DNA of 64,000 nt from Euryarchaeota archaeon UBA86. GTDB lineage: Archaea > Thermoplasmatota > Poseidoniia > Poseidoniales > Thalassarchaeaceae. The notes beneath the pieces were generated by a model that saw nothing but the letters and a program-made list of their open reading frames with translations, ran no database searches and had not been told where the DNA came from. Position numbers and translations under genes: made by a program. Position 1 is the first letter of the stretch, and each line of letters starts with the position of its first letter. Shown in pieces: positions 58,301 through 64,000 of this stretch. Location of the stretch: assembly GCA_002503055.1 (NCBI GenBank), contig DAQX01000029.1, forward strand, positions 2,674-66,673, given 5' to 3'.

Positions 58301-58630
58301 CTCTATCTCGTGAGGGAGTATTGTTCCACCACCGCCTCCGAATAGGAAAACATGGCCGAAACCAGAATCATCGAGAATTTCTCTCGTATGGGTGAACATC
58401 TCTACTGCTCCTCCTTGATACGAAGTGATCGCGACAGCGTGAGCGTCTTCCTGAATTGCCGCTCTCGCGACTTCATCCGCACCGCGGTCATGGCCTAGGT
58501 GAATTACCTCGCAGCCCTGACTCTGCAATATTCTACGGAAGATGCCAATTGCCACATCATGGCCATCAAAGATGGCCGCTGCGGTAACAACGCGAAGAGG
58601 CACACTGCTCTCCGACCGCTCACTACCCAT
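55367..58630 (-). CDS. icmF: Fused isobutyryl-CoA mutase (B12-binding + MeaB-like GTPase + mutase)
   Basis: FDGHD, GTGGAGKSS, ETSGIGQ, NKFD, RMFAGEG, SISGYHI, SLHTN. Confidence 0.92.
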   Translation of the reverse strand: MGSERSESSVPLRVVTAAAIFDGHDVAIGIFRRILQSQGCEVIHLGHDRGADEVARAAIQEDAHAVAITSYQGGAVEMFTHTREILDDSGFGHVFLFGGGGGTILPHEIEHLDEKNIARIYSPDDGRNLGLVGMVQDAMERASNADLLDSSRFDSLANPVTADDHGSVSKILTLAENGDEDSFSAVLQRVRSRPEEEVCPIVGLTGTGGAGKSSLTDEIMLRIQRDNPGMKIALLATDPTRKRTGGALLGDRIRMNSLSDENLFMRSFASRESGREIADCVDRAVQVCQAVGFDLVFVETSGIGQGDDAITEVADVSMYVTTREYGAPSQLEKLEMLDAADLIVLNKFDRRGSEEALSEIRKQFKRNRELWDADDSTLPVIPTIASQFADAGVDMLWERLSGILSEKLGADFYAAPARIGKDGLPHRSNPIPSERQGYLAEVASSVRSYHQRTDETVRRVRLVQQLEASAEQMRSSGKDTAADDLAEEAVGVRAEVAEEAWQALEDFEARAAAYRSGEASYTVRGKEIPVETTRTTLSGLDLPRVALPDTEDWGDRLEWIRRENAPGLFPYTGGVFPFKRADELPVRMFAGEGSAERTNKRYHFLSRDQPFNRLSVAFDSPSLYGHDPVERLDIFGKVCESGVSISTVDEMEKLFEGFDLCAPNTSVSKTINGNYWWHLAAFFTVAIRQQVAKFVEENGRDPTEDEYAEIKTRTLSTVRGTVQADQLKEAMGQNTLVFNLDTALRMMGDVAEFYVDNDVRNHYFVSISGYHIDEAGANPISQAALTLSNGLTYVELFKARGLNADKFLRNFSWFFSNGMDPEYGVIGRVSRRIWAIAMRDLYGVGDRGQKLKYHIQGSGRSLHSQEFTWNDYRTTLQALYALADNANSLHTNSRDEAFGTPTEDTVRDAVAIQLILSKEYGWLQNENPLQGSFFAEWLTDNVEERVLRIFEEMHARGGVLGSLEVNYQRNRIQDESMVYEQRKHSGELPIVGVNTYIDEGSAVMSSDDFDVDVTRSDESERHMVIGRNKEFKEAHSAEAEAGLARLKQVAREGGNLFEVMMDIVDYCTVGQVTQALFETGGKFRRNM

Positions 58631-58772
58631 GCTAATTGGGACAATGGGGGCACCCAAAAATGAGCCGCATGCAGTATAGAAGCCTCTCTCTACAGAAAAA
58701 TCAGTATGTAATACTCGAAATTAAGACATCGCAGGGTCATAGTTCAAGACCCTATACTCATGTTCAGGTACG

Positions 58773-59219
58773 ATGCGATTGAACTGTCCCAGAGATGGCT
58801 CGATTCTGATTCTTCCAAGAGAATCGGACCGCTCGACATTTAGTCGCCACGGCATCCATCACTGCGATGAGTGCTCAGGCATGCTACTCAATGCTGATGC
58901 TGCATCATCAACGATTTCGGAACAAAAACTCAACAAGATGCACGACGCCTTTGAAACCGAGGGCGACGAGATTAACCTCGACTGCCCATTTTGCGATTCA
59001 CACATGAGAGTCAGGAAAATTGTATTCTCAAGAATCGATGGAACAGAGATGGATCCAATCGAAATTGATGGCTGCCCATCCTGCTCGTCTTTCTGGTTCG
59101 ATGCAGGTGAGTTGCAGAAAATTTCGCCGCCAATTGTTGAGTATGATGCCAACAGAGAGGCGAAAGCCCTCTCGATTGTCATGGAGATGCTAATGCATCT
59201 TCCATTCGTAATTCTTTGA
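58773..59219 (+). CDS. Double zinc-ribbon (zf-TFIIB-like) protein
   Basis: CP.D..C..C and CP.C...ID.C..C..FWFD.GEL. Confidence 0.75.
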   Translation: MRLNCPRDGSILILPRESDRSTFSRHGIHHCDECSGMLLNADAASSTISEQKLNKMHDAFETEGDEINLDCPFCDSHMRVRKIVFSRIDGTEMDPIEIDGCPSCSSFWFDAGELQKISPPIVEYDANREAKALSIVMEMLMHLPFVIL

Positions 59220-59840
59220 TTACAGATAGCCACTGTACAGTAGGCCCGCGAATACAAACATCAGGACACCCATCGCAGCATCTATCCTGCGTGCCTGGGC
59301 GCGTAGTTTCGAGACCCCATCTCCACTACTCAGCACCGTTGCAACAGTAACATACCAAGTGCCATCAATTCCCATGCCAAGAAGTCCCATTCCGAACAGA
59401 GTTTCAGTACTGATATTCGACTCAATGAAAGGGGCGTAAAGAGCGAGCATCCATGCCAGTATCTTGGGGTTGAGAAGAGCGATGGCGAAGCCCTGGACGA
59501 ACCCCACCCGATCAGAAGGGCCGTGACCATCATCCGAAGACTCGTAAGGAGGGCCCATAGAGGACTTCAGGAAACTGTAGCCTAGCCAAATCAACAGAGC
59601 TATCCCTCCCCACTTCAGTATCAATTCAGTAGATTCGTGCAGACTGAGTGCAGTAGCTATTCCAGCGGCTGCTAGAAATGCATAGATTCCAAATCCGATT
59701 CCGTGCCCAATTCCAGTCATTACGCCTTGACGGCGCCCTCCAACCATCGTGTTACGTAGAACTACTGCAAGACTAGGTCCCGGACTCATCGCACCGAGCA
59801 TAAACACGGTGGCCAAAGCCACCCATGCCTCGGGCTCCAT
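59220..59840 (-). CDS. LysE/RhtB-family exporter
   Basis: SPGPS, G...G, LLNPK. Confidence 0.9.
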   Translation of the reverse strand: MEPEAWVALATVFMLGAMSPGPSLAVVLRNTMVGGRRQGVMTGIGHGIGFGIYAFLAAAGIATALSLHESTELILKWGGIALLIWLGYSFLKSSMGPPYESSDDGHGPSDRVGFVQGFAIALLNPKILAWMLALYAPFIESNISTETLFGMGLLGMGIDGTWYVTVATVLSSGDGVSKLRAQARRIDAAMGVLMFVFAGLLYSGYL

Positions 59841-59851
59841 CGAACCACCGA

Positions 59852-61678
59852 CTATGCGTCAGCGTACATTGCTTCGATCTCAGAAGCCCAGTTCTCACGA
59901 ATCTGCTTCCTACGAATCTTCAGAGTAGGGGTTAACTCGCCTTGGTCAACTCCTAAATCACGAGGCAGAACGGTGAACTTCTTGATTTGCTCAGGATTAC
60001 TGAACTTCTTGTTAAGCCCCGCAACCGCCTCCTGTAGTTGATTGTACGTATCACTACCAACAGCGGTGTACTCTGACAGGTCGTGACCCAGCTCTGCGAG
60101 CTTTGCCAACTGCTCTAAGGGGTCCTTGGGGACCTCAGTTGCTCCATCTAGGCCGTGAACATCTCTGAGGATAGCCCCCACATCGAGAGTGAATAAGGCG
60201 CTGCAGTACTTCCTGTTGTCGCCAACCAGCATGCACTGTGAAACAACTGGTATCGACTTCATGGTCTCCTCGATAACAAGAGGTGCGATGTTTTTCCCCG
60301 CGGAGCTGACATAAATCTCCTTTAATCGACCAGTAACATAGACAAATCCGTCCGAGTCAATCTTTCCGAGATCACCCGACTTGAGCCAACCATCTTCGGT
60401 CATAGTCTCTGCAGTTGCTTCAGGATTCCTGTAGTAGCCAGCCATTACATGCCTTCCTCTGAACTGAATCTCTCCGTTGCCACCATCGTCAGGATCGGCA
60501 ATTCTCAGCTCAGTGCCTGATAGTGGCTTTCCTACCGAACCTATCTTGTTTGCACCGGCATATCCGAGCGTGGCCCCAGCCGAGGTTTCTGTCATTCCAT
60601 AGCCCTCGTATATGGGAATCCCCAGATCGTGGAAAAGGTGCAGGATTTCAGGGTTAATTGGAGCCGCACCGGTAATCGCGAACTTCAGATTCGAGAAACC
60701 GATCTTCGCCTTTGCCTTCTTCCTGACAATGTTGCCAAGTATTGGCAGCTTCAGCCAACCAACCTTACTTCCAAGTCCCGCAACCAGATTGGAGTACACC
60801 TTCTCGTAGATTCGAGGAACTCCGATGAACAGATGCGGGTTGACTTCCTTGCAGTAGTCTATCGAGTGGAGTGGGTTGTCCACTACTCTCATGTGTATCG
60901 CGTCGCGAATCCAGATGTGGTTGTCAGCAAGCTGACCGAAGACGTGGGCGCATGGCAGCCAAGAAACATATCCTTCACCCTGATTGAAGGTGACCAGCTT
61001 GTGAACCTCTCCAATCTCGAAGTCCATATTGTCATGTGTCAGGACAACTCCCTTGGGGTTTCCAGTGGTGCCGGATGTGTAAATTAGCGAGGCGACATCA
61101 TCTGGCTTCACAGCGGCAATCCTGTCCATTACTGTGGCTTCAGGAGTCGAATCGGCTTTCGAAATGAAATCAACCCATGTCATTGCTGTATTATGATCAA
61201 TGGCGTCCATACCCATCATGGAAACCACAGCCTCAACTTTTCCGAGATTGCCCATTGCAGCCTCGAGGCGATGATTGCACATTTTGCTAGCGTCCCCTCC
61301 GTCCATTGGATTGGTTCCAACGAAGACAACCTTGGAGTCGGAGTTTCCTACTACCCATTCTACTTCTTCTGGAGAGCAAGTATGGTACACTCCTACCGCA
61401 GCACCTCCTGCCATGTTGGCAGCAGAATATGCCATGTACCACTCTAATCTGTTGTACGAGTAGATACTTAGCTTGTCTCCTGCCTCAAAACCGATGGAGA
61501 CTAGTGACCTTGCAACCTCCATGGTGGCCCTCTCGATTTCGGACCAAGTCATAGTGACCCAGTTCGCAGAATCGTCTTTCCATGAAAGAGCGGGTTCGTT
61601 GGCGTATTTCTCGGCGTTTGATAGTAGGTACTCCGGCGTAATCATTGCGGACATGCCCATGGACAAGTCATTTGCCAA
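59852..61678 (-). CDS. Long-chain fatty-acid-CoA ligase
   Basis: YTSGTTGNPKG, EGYGMTE, GDLG, TPTLK. Confidence 0.93.
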   Translation of the reverse strand: MANDLSMGMSAMITPEYLLSNAEKYANEPALSWKDDSANWVTMTWSEIERATMEVARSLVSIGFEAGDKLSIYSYNRLEWYMAYSAANMAGGAAVGVYHTCSPEEVEWVVGNSDSKVVFVGTNPMDGGDASKMCNHRLEAAMGNLGKVEAVVSMMGMDAIDHNTAMTWVDFISKADSTPEATVMDRIAAVKPDDVASLIYTSGTTGNPKGVVLTHDNMDFEIGEVHKLVTFNQGEGYVSWLPCAHVFGQLADNHIWIRDAIHMRVVDNPLHSIDYCKEVNPHLFIGVPRIYEKVYSNLVAGLGSKVGWLKLPILGNIVRKKAKAKIGFSNLKFAITGAAPINPEILHLFHDLGIPIYEGYGMTETSAGATLGYAGANKIGSVGKPLSGTELRIADPDDGGNGEIQFRGRHVMAGYYRNPEATAETMTEDGWLKSGDLGKIDSDGFVYVTGRLKEIYVSSAGKNIAPLVIEETMKSIPVVSQCMLVGDNRKYCSALFTLDVGAILRDVHGLDGATEVPKDPLEQLAKLAELGHDLSEYTAVGSDTYNQLQEAVAGLNKKFSNPEQIKKFTVLPRDLGVDQGELTPTLKIRRKQIRENWASEIEAMYADA

Positions 61679-61721
61679 CTTAACTCTTTACTTGGCATTT
61701 GGGCACTTTGATTTCATTGAT

Positions 61722-62453
61722 TTAGGGTAGTACAGATGAAACATTCTCTCTCCAGTCTCTACCGCCATTCCGATTTGCAAGAGGAGATGCAGGAGAGGGG
61801 TGCCAGCAGCCAGCGACTTCGACAGATTGCTCTTCGAGTACATCCCGAGCTCTCGATTCAGCAAATTTCCCCACTCCAATCACACGCTCCGCACCCAGAA
61901 TGTCCACGACTTGTGAGAGATGTCTATCACAGCGCTCAAGCAATGCCTTAGCAGTACTACCACCAATCTTGTCTGGAGTGATATTGCTGGCACGAGGTCC
62001 TGAGAATAGCATTAGAGGGCAGTGGTTGACTAGGAATACTCTGGATGCAATTGAGTCTGCATCTCCATACTGCTCGTTCAGTAGCCCCCACAGGCGGGTA
62101 CCCGAAACCTCCTCCTTATGATAGTCCAGTCCAATCACAGGTCTCCTCTTGTCGGGCGTATTTGGTTGATTGACAGGGATGCCAGAAATGTCTAACAGAT
62201 CTCGAACTACGCTTGTGGCCGCGAATGGTATTCCCATCTGCCCCATTCCGTGAGGGCCCGGATTCATTCCAAGAACCACCGTTTTGGCACCTAATCCTCC
62301 CATTCTCCTGAGATACTCTTCGTGAACATCCCAAGCGTAGTTGAGCGGATTGTAGCAGACATCGATGCGACCTTCTTCAACCAGTTTTCTACCCAAAGGC
62401 TCTACATCGTCTCTCAGATTAGCCGCCGCCTCAATCAGTTCCTCGATGACCAT
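61722..62453 (-). CDS. SMUG1-type (family 3) uracil-DNA glycosylase
   Basis: GMNPGPHGM.Q.GIPF, EVSG.RLW, NHCPL, N.TP, HPSPASP. Confidence 0.92.
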   Translation of the reverse strand: MVIEELIEAAANLRDDVEPLGRKLVEEGRIDVCYNPLNYAWDVHEEYLRRMGGLGAKTVVLGMNPGPHGMGQMGIPFAATSVVRDLLDISGIPVNQPNTPDKRRPVIGLDYHKEEVSGTRLWGLLNEQYGDADSIASRVFLVNHCPLMLFSGPRASNITPDKIGGSTAKALLERCDRHLSQVVDILGAERVIGVGKFAESRARDVLEEQSVEVAGCWHPSPASPLANRNGGRDWRENVSSVLP

Positions 62454-62457
62454 GGTA

Positions 62458-62922
62458 TCACTGCTTCACATCTGCCACGATGGCACCTGATAGCGAGACT
62501 AACTCGTCTGGAGTAATCGGGAATACAGTCTGAGCAGTACCTGCTGCACCCCATACTAATTCGTATTGCATCAGATCCTCGTCGAGGAACACAGTACATG
62601 TTTTGGTGTGGCCAAATGGAGGAACTCCTCCAGGAGCGTATCCGGTGTTTTCGATGATATATTCTGCATCGGTCATACTTGGTTTGTGACCTAGGAGTCG
62701 CTTGAGCTTACGCTTACGGTCGACATGATTGGCGCCAGATGTGATGACTACAACTGCACCATCTTGACCCGCGAAGACAATTGACTTCGCGATATGAGCG
62801 ACATCGCAGCCCAGTTGGTCAGCAGCATCCTGTGAGGTTCGTGTACCTTCTTCGTAGAGTTTGGCTCTAGGTAAATAATCCATCTCTGCACACTGAGAAA
62901 GCCACAACTCGTGACCGTCCAT
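62458..62922 (-). CDS. YbaK/EbsC aminoacyl-tRNA deacylase
   Basis: AA..LG, IAKS, TGY..GGVPPFG, AAG. Confidence 0.88.
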   Translation of the reverse strand: MDGHELWLSQCAEMDYLPRAKLYEEGTRTSQDAADQLGCDVAHIAKSIVFAGQDGAVVVITSGANHVDRKRKLKRLLGHKPSMTDAEYIIENTGYAPGGVPPFGHTKTCTVFLDEDLMQYELVWGAAGTAQTVFPITPDELVSLSGAIVADVKQ

Positions 62923-62992
62923 GTTCCTTCCTGCGGGCCTTTGGACTTCATGCTTCGGGATTGTTTGAAACCACACTCTCTCTCGCCTATGC

Positions 62993-63751
62993 ATGAGTGA
63001 GTCAGTATCGAGACATTCGATTCGAACTTCTATTGGAGCAGCCATCATTATCCAATTGACAACTCTGGTTGCCTCCTATACAGCATGGGCATTAGATGGA
63101 TGCGACCCCTACATGCCGTTCATTTCCGATACCGACACCAATCCTGTGTCAAGCCCCTTTTTCACTCTGGGATTCACCCTCACAGGCCTATTACTAGCAG
63201 TAATTGCTTGGCAGATGTACAGCATCAGATTAGAGTGGATTGAAAATAACTCAATGGGGACTAGGCCTAGGATGCTCAACATCTTCTCAGCCATCTTCGG
63301 AATTATCTCCGGAATATTCCTCATCTGGATAGCATACACTCCATGGGATGAGAATCTGGTCCTTCATTTGCTACAGGCTAGAATCATCTTCGTTAGCTCA
63401 ATTGCATGGGCAATTCTCTCTACAATGCTGGCTAGCGAGATGCAGGTCCATGATATGCGATTTGAGCGTGTTTTCAAGCCAAGGAGATTCAGAACCGCTC
63501 TGACAGTGATTTGCTGCGTCCTGATGGCGTTGAATGTTTTACGATTCATTGGTTTCGGAGATGCTACATCGATGGAATTGAGCCATTTTGAGTCGTATAT
63601 TGAAACTGTGGAAATCTGCACCGATTTGACAATTCCTGAGATGTCGCTGGCTGCTCTCTTCGAATGGGGAATGGTTCTGGGATTAATCGCAGTTGTTCAT
63701 ACTGGGATTCTTGAAGCGGATCTGATTTGTTCCCACGAATCCGAAGAGTGA
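62993..63751 (+). CDS. Frag1/DRAM/Sfk1-like membrane protein
   Basis: MPFISDT..P, H..A, final TM with FEW. Confidence 0.7.
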   Translation: MSESVSRHSIRTSIGAAIIIQLTTLVASYTAWALDGCDPYMPFISDTDTNPVSSPFFTLGFTLTGLLLAVIAWQMYSIRLEWIENNSMGTRPRMLNIFSAIFGIISGIFLIWIAYTPWDENLVLHLLQARIIFVSSIAWAILSTMLASEMQVHDMRFERVFKPRRFRTALTVICCVLMALNVLRFIGFGDATSMELSHFESYIETVEICTDLTIPEMSLAALFEWGMVLGLIAVVHTGILEADLICSHESEE

Positions 63752-63802
63752 GAATCTACGAGGCCTGCAACGTTCATCAGCAGAATACTTCGCGGACGGT
63801 CC

Positions 63803-64000
63803 ATGGATTGGCCAATCGGACCTTATGGCACGATAATGGCGGTCATTTTACTCTCTACCATTCCGCTGCGCAATCTGTTGACAAGAGATGAGCCCGACAA
63901 GAGAGTCTCACTCTCTGAGCTGCCAGCAGAAATCCGAGCAAAGGGCTACTACTGGCATATCTCCCTGTATGTACTGATGTACATCTACAAATTCATGATT
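63803..64000 (+). CDS. Partial membrane protein, probably a second PAP2/AUR1-like protein (runs off the window)
   Basis: MDWPIGPYG...GYYWHISLYVLMYIYKFMI resembles 'RYWAHMIVVFSVYLWKDIL' of 17084-19156; TTCAT 30 nt upstream. Confidence 0.55.
   Translation, partial: MDWPIGPYGTIMAVILLSTIPLRNLLTRDEPDKRVSLSELPAEIRAKGYYWHISLYVLMYIYKFMI

Noticed and set aside
650..63621. Numerous 60-180 aa antisense or alternative-frame ORFs inside recognised genes
   Set aside because: Shadow ORFs with no motifs, fully overlapping well-supported CDS

Overview
Gene-dense 64 kb window of archaeal chromosome. The gene content points to Thermoplasmatota, most likely Marine Group II / Ca. Poseidoniales; this is an inference. 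Archaeal informational genes (cdc6/orc1, PCNA, TFS, Nop5-fibrillarin, Bud32) sit among many bacterial-type metabolic and repair genes (dnaK, nadA, glpX, class I aldolase, icmF, mutM, SMUG1-type UDG, a BoxB-like epoxidase). There are about 64 CDS and two tRNA-Gly genes. I saw no rRNA, CRISPR array or mobile element. Main observations: (1) an unannotated ~270-nt RNA at 34098-34367 with four tandem K-turn hairpins, which looks like a multi-guide H/ACA pseudouridylation RNA; one pocket fits 23S helix 69. (2) A degenerate TBP-like protein at 45369-45896. (3) A recurring TTCAW element about 29 nt upstream of many start codons. (4) A BoxB-like aromatic-CoA epoxidase cluster with no BoxA but candidate split reductase parts nearby. 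(5) A cysteine-free Mrp/NBP35 ATPase whose CxxC loop is replaced by an Ig-like insert. (6) A tRNA-Gly(GCC) with an A1-U72 pair. (7) Two AT-rich origin-like regions near cdc6 that share a motif. All calls come from motif recognition by eye; no searches were run. Several start codons were moved from the ORF track using domain boundaries, SD sequences or promoter spacing.
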